Below, in pieces: positions 29,737 to 40,800 of a DNA stretch of 64,000 nt. The first letter of the stretch is position 1. The number at the start of each line of letters is the position of its first letter. Where the stretch lies: assembly GCA_963578475.1 (NCBI GenBank), contig CAUZCL010000005.1, positions 60,530 through 124,529 on the forward strand, written 5' to 3'. Position numbers and translations under genes: made by a program. This DNA comes from Acidobacteria bacterium bin61 (GTDB lineage Bacteria; Acidobacteriota; Vicinamibacteria; Marinacidobacterales; SMYC01). Below the pieces are notes generated by a model. It ran no database searches. It had not been told where the DNA came from and saw nothing but the letters and a program-made list of their open reading frames with translations.

Positions 29737-31842
29737 CTATTCGCCGGGCAGTCCAGCCAGTCTGGCCTGTACTCCTCTTTGATCGGGCTTCAGTTCGAGT
29801 GAACGCTCATAGAGACCTTTCGCTTTGTCGATCTCTCCGAGACGCTCGTAGCAATCCCCAAGCGCATTCAGCGCCGTCGTATCGGGAGCCCGGATCGCCG
29901 CGGAGCGCTCAAGGTAATCTTTCGCGCGGGCATAGTCTTCTTTGATGTAATAGGCAAAAGCCATTCCTTCGACAACTTCGTACTCGTTCGGAAAGGAGTC
30001 CTCGAGAGGCGTGAGCAACTCGAGCGCGCGATCCGCATCGCGGTCGAAGAGCACGATTCCGGCTAGCCGCCACTTCGCCATCGGCAGGTTGGGATTGTCG
30101 GCGGCCACCGCTTTCTCATACTGCGCCCTGGCTTCTTGAGTGCGTCCGGACGACATGAGCTCACTGCCAATCGTCATATCGAGCAATCCGGCCACTTCCG
30201 TGTTGAAGCTGTGACGATAAATGAACGCCGGGCGAGGCACTTCATTTCTCGGGCTGACGGTCAGGGGAGTGAGTTTCGACGCGAGGACTGTCCCGTCGGA
30301 GCCGACGAGCTGCGCCCGCATCGTGTAAAAACCGCTATCGAGACCCAGGAGCGAGACTTCCTTCACGACCGCGCCGTCCCTCGCGGCGACGCGTTCCTCG
30401 TCAATCACGTTCTGCTCGGCACCCAAGATCTGGAAAACAACCTCCTGCCCTGGCTCGCCCCCGATTACTTGGACGAAAGCGCGCACGTTGGAGGCGACCG
30501 AGAACACGTTCCCTACGGAGGGATAGACTTCCACTGAGCCGACTTGATACGCGCGGTGTGTCGCCGGGCCGGTGAGATCATTTTCGCCGCCATATCCGAG
30601 CACGATATCGCTGAGGGCAGGCTTGCCTTCCTCGATGGCCGGAACGTGAAGGTCGAACTCCGCCGCCGTGTAGTCCTTCGTCGCTCGATTTTTCAACACG
30701 ATGCTGATTTTGTAGTCGCCAGGGATCAACGGAAAATTGTCGCGGTAAGCGAGCGGATAGTGACTCGCCCGTTTGAACTGGGCCGCACTCATCTGCAGAA
30801 GGGGCTGGTTCAAATTGTACGCGACGGTCCGGCCTTCGAGGTCGCGTGCTTCGAAATCGACATCGAGCGTCGTATAGTGCCGCGTCCTGCGCTCGTCCAC
30901 CTCGAAAGTGAAGTTGGTAGGGTCGATATCGAACGCGAAATGAACGAATGGGATGTTGCCAGGCCCATATAGCACCGCGTAGCCACTACGGCTGGCAAAA
31001 TATTTGAACGAGTAGTCCGCGCTGACCATGTGGCCGAATTGCTTGTAGCCCTCGAGATCTCGAGTATCGACCCTTTTCGTGGGTGACGTTTCGATGTCGG
31101 CGAACGTGCGCTGCGCGCCCAGGGACGGACGGACGTTGAGCTCGAGAGGGTCGATCTGGGCGCGGCCGGAGAAAATGTCGAAGCCCGTGTTCTCCGTCAA
31201 ATCCACCGTCAGCACGGCACGAGCGAGGTCGAGCGAGAGCCTCGAAATGACTTCCAAGCCCTGGTGCTGATTCACTTGAAAGTTCTGGCTCACGTAGCCA
31301 CCACGCAGGATGGCCTGAGGCCCATCGTTGAACGGGTTGTAGAGCTGGAACTCCCCGATGTCATTATCCTTGTAGAACATCAGATTGAAGCGCGGCGGGA
31401 GCCCGTCATTGGGCTCACCTCTATAGATCCAAAGCTCCGTTTCCACGACTTCGTTGTAACCGACATAGGCTTGGATCTCCGCGGGCTCACCGAGGATGAT
31501 GTAATACCTGCCGCGATCGGTTTTCCAACCGGGGCGCGGAGAATCGCGCCCGAGGACGGTAAGCGCGTGTTCGAGGCGGCGGTAGTGCTCGACTTGAAAC
31601 TCGTTCTCGAGCGTGGCGGGATCGGGATCGCGGCGCGCCCAAAAAGCTTCGATGAAGCGCGTGCGCTCTTCACGTGTCGCGAGCTCGAGAAAAATATCCT
31701 TCTCAATGTCGGTGATGATATACACGACCTCCATCTCGAACCACTCACGATAGTCGTCGGCGACTTTGTCGAGGCGGTCATCCGCTAAAGCGGCAGCGGC
31801 GACGAGCAGAATGGGCAGCGTTTTGACAATCCAGTTTGCCAT
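29737..31842 (-). CDS. GWxTD domain-containing protein with C-terminal TPR repeats
   Basis: GWKTDRGRYYIILGEP (GWxTD signature) near the N-terminus after signal peptide MANWIVKTLPILLVAAAALA. TPR-like C-terminus. Start moved to the internal ATG (ORF listed to 31908). Confidence 0.7.
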   Translation of the reverse strand: MANWIVKTLPILLVAAAALADDRLDKVADDYREWFEMEVVYIITDIEKDIFLELATREERTRFIEAFWARRDPDPATLENEFQVEHYRRLEHALTVLGRDSPRPGWKTDRGRYYIILGEPAEIQAYVGYNEVVETELWIYRGEPNDGLPPRFNLMFYKDNDIGEFQLYNPFNDGPQAILRGGYVSQNFQVNQHQGLEVISRLSLDLARAVLTVDLTENTGFDIFSGRAQIDPLELNVRPSLGAQRTFADIETSPTKRVDTRDLEGYKQFGHMVSADYSFKYFASRSGYAVLYGPGNIPFVHFAFDIDPTNFTFEVDERRTRHYTTLDVDFEARDLEGRTVAYNLNQPLLQMSAAQFKRASHYPLAYRDNFPLIPGDYKISIVLKNRATKDYTAAEFDLHVPAIEEGKPALSDIVLGYGGENDLTGPATHRAYQVGSVEVYPSVGNVFSVASNVRAFVQVIGGEPGQEVVFQILGAEQNVIDEERVAARDGAVVKEVSLLGLDSGFYTMRAQLVGSDGTVLASKLTPLTVSPRNEVPRPAFIYRHSFNTEVAGLLDMTIGSELMSSGRTQEARAQYEKAVAADNPNLPMAKWRLAGIVLFDRDADRALELLTPLEDSFPNEYEVVEGMAFAYYIKEDYARAKDYLERSAAIRAPDTTALNALGDCYERLGEIDKAKGLYERSLELKPDQRGVQARLAGLPGE

Positions 31843-31985
31843 GATCTTGTAGACTAGCGGGTTCAGTCGCGCTACGCAACACCGTGCTGGCTCCTTACGA
31901 AGCCCCAACTACCCCGTCGTCAAGCGATGAACTATAGGTCGCAACCGTATGATTACAAAGAGATTAAGTGCCTCGGTCGCAGACT

Positions 31986-33425
31986 TTACTGCTCGCGCTT
32001 CCGAAGCCCGACCTCTACGCGCTCGCGGACGGCGTCAGGAACCGTCTGCCCGAGCTCACGAGCCCGCTCGAGATGAGAAAGCGCGTCCGCATAGTCTCCC
32101 GTCACGGCAAGGGCCGCGCCGAGCTGCAAGTGAACGACACCGAGCTCGGGCTCGACCTGAAGCACCTCGAGGTAGTGATCGGCCGCTGCGCGGTAGCGCT
32201 TCAGCCGGAATAGAAACTCTGCAAGCGAGCGGCGGGCAGCTACGTTTTCGGGCTCGAGCTCGAGCGCGTGCTCGTAGTGCGTCATGGCTTCGTCGGTACG
32301 ACCTTTGAAAGCCAATATGCTCGCCAAGCTCACGAGCGTAGGGACATGGTCGCTGCCTGCCAACAACGATTCTTCGAAGTGGCTCACCGCATCGTCATAG
32401 GCGCCTTCCCGCCCAAGCACAGCTGCGAGGCCGGCATGTCCGGCTGCGTCATCGCCTTTGATCTCGAGCGCCGCCCGGTAATGTTCTTTCGCTTCGAGAT
32501 CTTTGTCTTGTCGCAACAAGACGTCACCTAAGCGCACTCTCATCGCGGCGTCGTCGGGCCTGAGCGCCACCAAGTGTCGATAGGTAGACTCCGCCTGTAC
32601 CAGGTTGCCCGCTTCAGCGAAATCTCGGGCGCGTCCCAGCTGGGCGGTCGAGGACACAGATTCCTGCAACATTTGGATGTGGATCGGATCGGCAATGGGA
32701 ATGGACGCGGCCGAGGTCGTCACCCTCCTGGCCGCTTCGACGGCCTTATCGTTTTCGCCCATACGCCGGTAGAGCCTCGCGAGAGCCGCATAGGTCGATC
32801 CCGCATCAGGGCTCAGCTCGGATGCTCGCTCCAAGTGAGCGCGGGCTTTCTCGAGCTCGCCTCTGCCCATCATCATGCGACCGAGCGCAAGCTCCGCCGA
32901 AGCGTCTTTCGGGTCGAGCTCCACAGCACGGATGTAGAGCGCCTCCGCATCCTCCATCGCACCCTCTTCTTCGAGGAGCTCGGCGCGCACGACGAGCAGA
33001 GCAGGGTAGTCGGAGCTCACTTCGAGAGCGCGCGCGGTCTCTTCCATGGCGGCGGCGCGATCGAAGTCGAGCAACGCATGCACCAAAAGGTAGTGCCAAC
33101 GAAAATCCGAAGGCTCGAGCTCGAGAGCTTTCTGATAGCAAAGAGCCGCCTCCTGCTCGAGGCCGTGCGCGTGGTACACAACGCCTAGATCTCCCCACGC
33201 CTCGTGAGAGCTCGGCGCCTTCTCGACGCCCTCGCGAAAATATTGAATCTTGTGAGCAACCTCGGGCTCCATCTGCGATCGGTCCACGTCAGGAATCTCG
33301 GGCGCCTGCGAGTTGGCAAGCCGGATGACCGCCACGAGGGCGACCCCACCGACGATCAGCCCGGCGATTTTCGGAGCGTATCTGGAGGTCGAGTGCTTGA
33401 GTTGTTTGCGCTGACTCCTCTCCAT
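31986..33425 (-). CDS. Membrane-anchored tetratricopeptide-repeat protein
   Basis: N-terminal TM helix IAGLIVGGVALVAVI followed by more than 10 TPR-like repeats. Confidence 0.7.
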   Translation of the reverse strand: MERSQRKQLKHSTSRYAPKIAGLIVGGVALVAVIRLANSQAPEIPDVDRSQMEPEVAHKIQYFREGVEKAPSSHEAWGDLGVVYHAHGLEQEAALCYQKALELEPSDFRWHYLLVHALLDFDRAAAMEETARALEVSSDYPALLVVRAELLEEEGAMEDAEALYIRAVELDPKDASAELALGRMMMGRGELEKARAHLERASELSPDAGSTYAALARLYRRMGENDKAVEAARRVTTSAASIPIADPIHIQMLQESVSSTAQLGRARDFAEAGNLVQAESTYRHLVALRPDDAAMRVRLGDVLLRQDKDLEAKEHYRAALEIKGDDAAGHAGLAAVLGREGAYDDAVSHFEESLLAGSDHVPTLVSLASILAFKGRTDEAMTHYEHALELEPENVAARRSLAEFLFRLKRYRAAADHYLEVLQVEPELGVVHLQLGAALAVTGDYADALSHLERARELGQTVPDAVRERVEVGLRKREQ

Positions 33426-33562
33426 CGCTCCTATTGTCTGAGGGGTCTGGTCGGGCTGTCAACAACGCGCCTGGTTGACAGGGCTGAGCGGGCGCAGGAA
33501 AATGCAAGGGCATCTCCCATGACCCCCTACGCGACGCAAGTGGCTGTACAGCAAAGGCTTCT

Positions 33563-35254
33563 ATGAACCAACGACTCGCGCTCCTCGTTTGCACAACCTA
33601 CCTCTCAACATTCGCGATTCGCCACACCGAGGCGCAAGATGACGCCTTTTTCACCGACATTACCGAAGCGGTCGGGCTCGACTTCGAGCACGAGCCAGGC
33701 ACGGAGGGAAACTACTGGGCGCCCGAGGTCATGGGCTCGGGAGGCGCTTTCTTCGATTTCGACGGCGATGGGGATCTCGGCATCTACCTGATCCAAGGCG
33801 GCTCGCTCCCCGAATCCAAGAGTACGAAGCGCCTTCCGAACAGGCTGTTTCGTCAAAACGACGACGGATCCTTCGAAGACGTGACCGAAAGCTCCGGTTT
33901 GGGCAACACCGGCTACGGGACGGGCGTGGCCATCGGGGACGTCGACAATGATGGCCTCGTCGACGTCTATGTCGGGAACTACGGACCCGACGCCCTCTAC
34001 CGCGGCAAAGGCAACGGTATCTTCGAGGACATCACCAAAGCCGCGGGTATCGCGGACAACGCATGGACAGCCTCGATCGCGTTTTGCGACTACGATGCCG
34101 ACGGTTTCTTGGATATCTACGTCTCACGTTACGTCAAACACGACGCCACCAAAAAATGCGTCAGCGGTTCCGGCGCCTCGGACTATTGCAGCCCCCAGAG
34201 CTTCGACTACGAGAGTGACACACTCTATAAGAACGATGGCGACGGTACGTTCACGGACGTTTCCAAAAAAGCCGGTATCGCCACCGTCGAAGCACCGGGC
34301 CTCGGAGTTCTTTGCCAGGATTTTACTGGCGATGGATTATTGGATTTCTACGTCGCCAACGACGGCGAAGCCAATCAGCTTTGGGAAAATGCCGGCGATG
34401 GAACGTTCTCGGACCAGGCAATCATCATGGGCGCGGCTCTAAACTCGTTTGGTCGTCCCGAGGCGAGCATGGGGGTAGCACTCGGCGACGTGGATGGCGA
34501 CAGCGATTTCGACCTGTTCATGACGCATTTGATCAACCAGACCAATACGCTCTATTTGAACGACGGCACTTGGGGCTTCGAAGACGTCACCTCTGCACGG
34601 GGGCTCGGGGCGTCGAGTTTGGAATATACGGGGTTCGGCACGGCTTTCGTGGACCTGGATTTGGACGGAGATTTGGACCTCGCCGTGGTGAACGGCCGCG
34701 TGGATCAGAAGCCGGCGCATCCCGACGCGAAGCTCGGTGACTATTGGAACCTCTACGCGGAGCCGAATTTCCTTCTGGAAAATGATGGCAGCGGAAAATT
34801 CAAAGACATTAGCGAAAAAGGCGGCGCGTTCACCTCCCTCGTCGAGATCAGCCGAGGTCTCGTTCTCGGTGACGTCGATCGCGATGGGGACATCGACTTC
34901 CTGGTGTCGAACACCGCGGGACGCGCCCGGTTGTTCCGCAACGACGCTCCGAGAAAGGGCCGCTACTTGATGGTGCGCGCCTACGACAAAGAGCTCCAGC
35001 GCGATGCGCACGGCGCCGTTGTCACGGTGAGCGCTTCAGGCAAGACCTATGCGCGCACCGCCGATTCCAGTTATAGCTATCTGTCCAGCAACGAGCCAAA
35101 GGCGCATTTCGGAATTCCTGGCGCGAGCCGCGCGGATTCGATTCGAGTGCGCTGGCCCGACGGATCCGAAGAGGTTTTTCCCGGCGTGGAGCTAGACCAG
35201 GCCGTGACGCTCGAAAAGGGCAAAGGCCGCAAAGCCACGAATCCCGGAAACTGA
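33563..35254 (+). CDS. CRTAC1-family secreted protein (FG-GAP repeats plus ASPIC/UnbV domain)
   Basis: Signal peptide; FDFDGDGDLGIYL, DYDADGFLDIYV, DFTGDGLLDFYV, DLDLDGDLDLAV, DVDRDGDIDFLV. C-terminal UnbV_ASPIC-like end. Confidence 0.85.
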   Translation: MNQRLALLVCTTYLSTFAIRHTEAQDDAFFTDITEAVGLDFEHEPGTEGNYWAPEVMGSGGAFFDFDGDGDLGIYLIQGGSLPESKSTKRLPNRLFRQNDDGSFEDVTESSGLGNTGYGTGVAIGDVDNDGLVDVYVGNYGPDALYRGKGNGIFEDITKAAGIADNAWTASIAFCDYDADGFLDIYVSRYVKHDATKKCVSGSGASDYCSPQSFDYESDTLYKNDGDGTFTDVSKKAGIATVEAPGLGVLCQDFTGDGLLDFYVANDGEANQLWENAGDGTFSDQAIIMGAALNSFGRPEASMGVALGDVDGDSDFDLFMTHLINQTNTLYLNDGTWGFEDVTSARGLGASSLEYTGFGTAFVDLDLDGDLDLAVVNGRVDQKPAHPDAKLGDYWNLYAEPNFLLENDGSGKFKDISEKGGAFTSLVEISRGLVLGDVDRDGDIDFLVSNTAGRARLFRNDAPRKGRYLMVRAYDKELQRDAHGAVVTVSASGKTYARTADSSYSYLSSNEPKAHFGIPGASRADSIRVRWPDGSEEVFPGVELDQAVTLEKGKGRKATNPGN

Positions 35255-37450
35255 ATGGCATACTTTTCTTCCGAGAAGAAGCTGCCCTCCCTTCTTCTCT
35301 GCGTTTTCTTGCTCTTTCTCGTCGCCGTGGTGCTTCGAGCGCAGCCGAGTGACGGGCATGCCCGCATGCTCGAGTTGCTGCGACAGATCATCGAGCGTGC
35401 TCCGAACGAAAGCCTCTATCTCGGCGATGGGGAGGCTCGGGCGATGAGGGCTCGCGTCGAGGCGCTCGGACCGGATGCTCCCGACTACGTTCAGTTCGAG
35501 GCCTATTTGAAGCTCGGTGAGGCGGAACAACATGTCGGTCGGGAACAGGCGGCCATCGACTACCTCGAGCGCGCTCACGCCCTGCTGCCGCAGCTCGAGA
35601 ACGACTTGGCGCCAAATTGGATTGGGCGGCTGAAGTTCGCGTTGGGAGTGGCTCATCTTCGTTTCGGGGAGACTCAGAACTGCGCGCTGCACCACGCCCC
35701 AGAAAGTTGCCTTCTCCCGATTCGCGGTAGCGGCATACACGTCCTCAAGGAGCCATCCGAACGAGCGAGCGTGTTCTTCACCGAGGTCTTACAGCACGAC
35801 CCACCTGGTTCGAAAGCGTATCTCACCGCCCAGTGGCTTCTGAACATCGCCTATATGACTCTCGGCCGCTACCCCGAAGATGTGCCTCATGACTACCTCA
35901 TTCCGCCGGAGGTCTTCAGCTCCGACGAGCCTTTCCCTCGGTTCAATAACGTCGCGCAGGAAGCGGGGATGGCGACGTTCGCTCTATCGGGCGGCGTCGT
36001 TGTCGAGGACTTCGACGAGGACGGTTTCCTCGATTTGCTCGTCTCCTCCTACGACCCTTCGGAGCAACTCCGCCTGTTTCAGAACAACGAGGACAAGACA
36101 TTCACCGACGTGACGCTAAACGCTGGGATAGTAGGTATTTACGGCGGCCTCAACATGGTGCAGGCCGACTACGACGACGACGGCGACATGGACGTGCTTG
36201 TTTTGCGCGGCGGGTGGCTCGGCAAAGGCGGGCAACATCCGAACTCGCTCCTTCGGAACAACGGCGATGGCACGTTCACCGACGTCACCTTCGACGCGGG
36301 GCTCGGTGAAGTGCACTTGCCAACACAGACCGCGTCATGGGCCGATTTCGACAACGATGGTGACGTGGACCTCTATATCGGGAATGAGACCAACGGCGGA
36401 CTCGACGGTTTGTGTCAACTATTCGAGAACCTTGGCAACGGTCGGTTCGCCGACGTGGCGCCCAGTGCCGGAGTAACCAACAGAAAGTTCACGAAAGCAG
36501 TTATCTGGGGTGACTATGACGGCGATCGGTACCCGGATCTGTTCGTGTCCAACGTCGATGGAGCCAATCGCCTCTATCACAACAACCGCGACGGAACGTT
36601 CGACGACGTCGCGATGGCACTCGGCGTCACCGAGCCGGCCACGAGCTTTCCCGCATGGTTTTGGGACTACGACAATGATGGCGTGCTGGATCTCTACGTG
36701 ACCGGCTACGACGCACTCGTGGACGACGTTGCGCGATCCTATCTCGGGGAGCCGTTCACCGCGGAATTGGCTCGCCTCTATCGCGGCGATGGCAAGGGTG
36801 GTTTCGTGGACATGACCTCCGCTACCGGGCTGACGCGGCCGAGCGCTCCCATGGGATCCAATTTCGGTGACTTGAACGGCGATGGCTTCCTGGACTTCTA
36901 TCTGGGAACCGGCTACACCGCCTATTTCGCGTTGGTGCCCAACCTGATGTATCTCAATCTCGAAGGCAAGCGCTTTGCCGACGTGACGACCGCAGGTGGC
37001 TTCGGTCACTTACAGAAAGGGCACGGCGTCGCCTTCGTCGACTTCGACAATGACGGCGATCAGGACGTCTTCGAGCAAATGGGGGGTGCACTGCCCGGCG
37101 ACAAGTACTTCGACGTTCTCTACGAGAACCCCGGGTTCTCTAACCACTATCTCGCCGTCGAGCTCTTCGGCAGGGAGACGAACCGCGCCGCGATCGGTGC
37201 TCGCATCCGCGTGGACGTCGCGGCCTCGAACGGGAGCCGCTCCATCTACAAGCACGTGAACAGCGGGGGCAGCTTCGGGGCCAACTCGATCCGCCGGCAG
37301 CTCATCGGACTCGGGAACGCGGAGCGTATCGAACGGCTTACGATTTATTGGCCGACGACGGATCGTACGCAGACCTTCGAGAACGTGCCGCTCGACCGAA
37401 CGATCCAGATCGTCGAAAACCTCGATAGCTTACGGCTGCTTCCCTTCTGA
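35255..37450 (+). CDS. CRTAC1-family secreted protein with an N-terminal helical (TPR-like) extension
   Basis: Signal peptide, roughly 200-aa helical N-domain, FG-GAP repeats (DFDEDGFLDLLV, DYDDDGDMDVLV, DFDNDGDVDLYI, DYDGDRYPDLFV, DFDNDGDQDVF), UnbV_ASPIC C-terminus. Starts 1 nt after the upstream stop. Confidence 0.85.
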   Translation: MAYFSSEKKLPSLLLCVFLLFLVAVVLRAQPSDGHARMLELLRQIIERAPNESLYLGDGEARAMRARVEALGPDAPDYVQFEAYLKLGEAEQHVGREQAAIDYLERAHALLPQLENDLAPNWIGRLKFALGVAHLRFGETQNCALHHAPESCLLPIRGSGIHVLKEPSERASVFFTEVLQHDPPGSKAYLTAQWLLNIAYMTLGRYPEDVPHDYLIPPEVFSSDEPFPRFNNVAQEAGMATFALSGGVVVEDFDEDGFLDLLVSSYDPSEQLRLFQNNEDKTFTDVTLNAGIVGIYGGLNMVQADYDDDGDMDVLVLRGGWLGKGGQHPNSLLRNNGDGTFTDVTFDAGLGEVHLPTQTASWADFDNDGDVDLYIGNETNGGLDGLCQLFENLGNGRFADVAPSAGVTNRKFTKAVIWGDYDGDRYPDLFVSNVDGANRLYHNNRDGTFDDVAMALGVTEPATSFPAWFWDYDNDGVLDLYVTGYDALVDDVARSYLGEPFTAELARLYRGDGKGGFVDMTSATGLTRPSAPMGSNFGDLNGDGFLDFYLGTGYTAYFALVPNLMYLNLEGKRFADVTTAGGFGHLQKGHGVAFVDFDNDGDQDVFEQMGGALPGDKYFDVLYENPGFSNHYLAVELFGRETNRAAIGARIRVDVAASNGSRSIYKHVNSGGSFGANSIRRQLIGLGNAERIERLTIYWPTTDRTQTFENVPLDRTIQIVENLDSLRLLPF

Positions 37451-37821
37451 CGCCCACGACATCACTTGGACACTGGCAGAAAAATGCAGCCACAGAGGCA
37501 CAGAGATCAAGAGGTCTTTCGTGTGGCAGCGGCGTCGGTAGACGACTCGCGGTTACAGCGACAACGCCGTGGCCGCTGACCATGCGGATTGGTTGCTGGT
37601 AGCTACAGCCTGTTCGCGTTCGACATGGCTTAGTAGCACATACGTCTCACAATCGGCACGAGTGCGATCGCACGGCTTGCCGCGAGGGTTTTGCCACCCG
37701 TACAGCACGAAGAGATCATCTCCTGAACCTCTGTGCCTTTGTACCTCTGTGGCAACAAAACGGAAGGATTTCGTGCCGATCAGGCGATAGCGCGATGGCT
37801 GGACTGGCGCCACAAAACAAA

Positions 37822-37852
37822 AAAAAGGGCGGGCCGTGAGGGCCCGCCCTTG
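37822..37852. terminator. Bidirectional rho-independent terminator in a convergent intergenic region
   Basis: aaaaaaaa-GGGCGGGCC-gtga-GGGCCCGCCC-tt: perfect 9-bp GC stem with an A-tract on one side and a T-tract on the other (read on the minus strand it follows the TonB-receptor stop at 37867). Confidence 0.6.
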
Positions 37853-37866
37853 ATTCAAGAGAATCT

Positions 37867-40800
37867 CTAGAACATGTACTTGAACAGGACCTGGAGGACC
37901 CGAGGGTATCCACCCTGGCCGGTGATCCGACCAAAGTTGCCCACGCCAAAGTTCGAGCTCGGTCCGTTCCAGTTCGGTTGGTTGAAGAAGTTCACGAACT
38001 CGATGCGGATACTGAAGTTCTGGTTACCTCCAAGGCGCGTCATCTTCTCGAACGACAAGTCCCAGTTGAACAGCCACGGGCTCCGGAGGGACGCATCCGT
38101 GAACGGTGAGTTGCCGACCTGGCCGACCTGGGTCACCGCCGAGAAGGCCGCCGGGTTGATGTAGTTGTCCACGCGGTCTGCCGTGCTTCCAGACGTATTC
38201 GGATCCGTGCCCGTGGTATTCGGACGCTGGTGGTCGTAGCCGATGGCGCCGCCCCAGTTGCTCGACTGCTTGATGGCGAGTGGGAAGCCTTCACGCATGA
38301 TCGTCGTCATGGCCACGGACCAGCCACCCAGGATGGCCTCGGCGGCGCCGCCGTCGGGGCTCGGGAAGCGGTACAGTCCGCTGAGGTTGATCCAGTGCCG
38401 CGAGCTAAGACGCGACGGACCGAAATCCGCGTCTACAGCGTTGGTCACGAAGATCGTGCTCTCCTCATCACTCAGGCGGTTGGCACTCTCATAAACGTTA
38501 TCGCGCTGATTGCTGAAGGTGTAGTTGAACTTGGCACCCCAGTTGCCGCGGAAGCGTTTCTCCAACTCGAGCTTGACCGCGTCGTAGCGCGAACGCCCCG
38601 AGGAGACTCTCTTGGCGAAAACGCTTTGGAACTGCGGGAACGGACGCGCGAGCTGCCCTTGGCTAATGGTCGCGTTGTCGTTACCGAGCCCCTGGCCTGC
38701 GAATGGGTTCGAAACTTGGGTGCCGATCCCGGCACCCAGCGCTGCCGCGGCTGACGGAGCGAGCTGGTTCATTTGAGTGCCCGCGTCATTCGTGCCGCCG
38801 ATCGCCAGATCCGTGCCCTTGCTGCCCATGTAGCCGACGGTAACGACCATGTTGTTGGCGAATTCCTTCTGCAGGTCGAGTGACCATGTCTGGAACTTGG
38901 GATGGTTGCGGAACTGGTCGATGTAATTCAGGTTCTGGCCCACGTTCTGGAGTCGGCCCAACACATTGCCAACCGGCTGGTTCACACCTGTTGGGAACGG
39001 ATTCGACAGCGTGCCGGCTCCGCCCCTCTCGAAGTTGTTGTAGGTCGTTTGAGCGCTGAACCCAAGATTCGCGTGATTGTTCGTGCTCGGACCACCGCCG
39101 GTGAGAGGCGACCAGAAGATGCCGTAGCCACCACGAAGGACGGCCGAGTCGTTGACCGAATACGCAAAGCCGGCCCGTGGACCAACCTTGATGCCCGGCG
39201 GGTTACCGGTGCGCGTGGCCTGCCCGTCGACGCCCGCGTAGAGAACGCCGCCGGTCAAATTGCTGGTCGGATTGATCGGGAACGGGTTGTCGAAATCCCA
39301 GGCGGTGATGATCTGGTTGTTGCTCTCGCCCATGCCTGTCTCGTGCTCCAACCGGATACCGAGGTTCAAAACGAGGTTGTCGTTGACGCGCCAATCATCC
39401 TGAACGAAACCGGCACCATACAAGATGTCGTTGAAGTTCTGGCTGGCGATCGTGGCGCCACCGCTATTGGGCAGTCCGAGCACCATCGAAGCGATAGAGT
39501 TACCGTTGCTACCGGGTCCCTCGGTGAATCGCGGGATGAAGTTGAAACCCATGGGGGCCGGGCGGTTCCAGTCGATCCCGTACTGGCGGAACACACCACC
39601 GAACTTCAGGGTGTGGGACCCGACGAAACTCGAGTAAACACTGCTGATCTCTTTGGTGGAGTGGACACGATTGTTGTTGGACCAGCTGCCATGCGTGTTG
39701 CCGCCGTCTCCGTAACCGGTCGCGCCGATATCCGGGAACTGCTGGATGCCGATCGCGTTCATCGTGTCAGCATCGAAGCCCATCGCGATGGCGTCCGCCG
39801 TCGAAAACTCGGGCTCCACGACGGTGTCGTAAAAGCGCGAGTAACCGATCCGGAACGTGAGCACGGAGGTATCGCCAAGGATGTGCGTGCTGTTGATGGC
39901 CACGAGATTGACATTACGGAAGAGAATGGCGGACCCCGTGTCGTACTCGGGCAAATTGCCGTCGAACACGGCCTGGTAGTAAGGATTGGCCGGCTCTTCG
40001 GACTTGTAGAACATGTAGGTGCCGGTCAACTGCCAGTTGTCGGTCATCGACGAGTTGATGTTACCGCTCGCCTGCCACGCCTTATTGTCGAGAATAGCGG
40101 TGATAGTGCATTCGTTGCCCACGCCTGCCACAACCCGGCCACCCTGGGGGAGGCAGGTATCGCCGACATCGGCGAGAATCCCGGCTAGGCTGCGGCCGAC
40201 CGGGTCAATCTGACCCGCAGGAATCACGGCTCCGGGGAACGCTGCCCCAGTTAGCGGGTCATAAATCGGGAAGCCCAGGCCCGAGAAGTCGCCGGCCGCC
40301 ATGGCCTGCGTCGGGAAGTTGAGCGTGCTCACACGAGAGCTAATGTTCTTGTACCCCTCATGGGCCATCCAGAAGAAGACTCTGTCACGGACAATCGGAC
40401 CACCAAATGAACCACCCCAAAGGTGGTACGGCTCGATGGAAGCGTCCTGTCCGGCACGATCCTCGAAAAAGGTCGGCGCCCGGCCCCAGGTGGGACGGTT
40501 CTGATACAGACCCGCACCGGCCCAGTTGTTGGAACCGCTCTTGTGAACGGAGTTGAACACACCACCCGAAGTACGACCCATTTCAGCGTCGTAGGTGGCG
40601 ATCTGGACTTTCATTTCCTCGAGCGCCTCGAAGCTGGGGTTGATGACGCCGCGGTTGACGAAGTCGGTCATGCCGACGCCGTCCATGGTGTAGTTGTTGC
40701 CCCGCTGCGGACCGCCACCGAGAGAAAGGAGCGATGCGTTCGACTGATCCTGCATGCGAACGAACACTGGATCTCCGGCATGAACGACGTTCGGCGTCGT

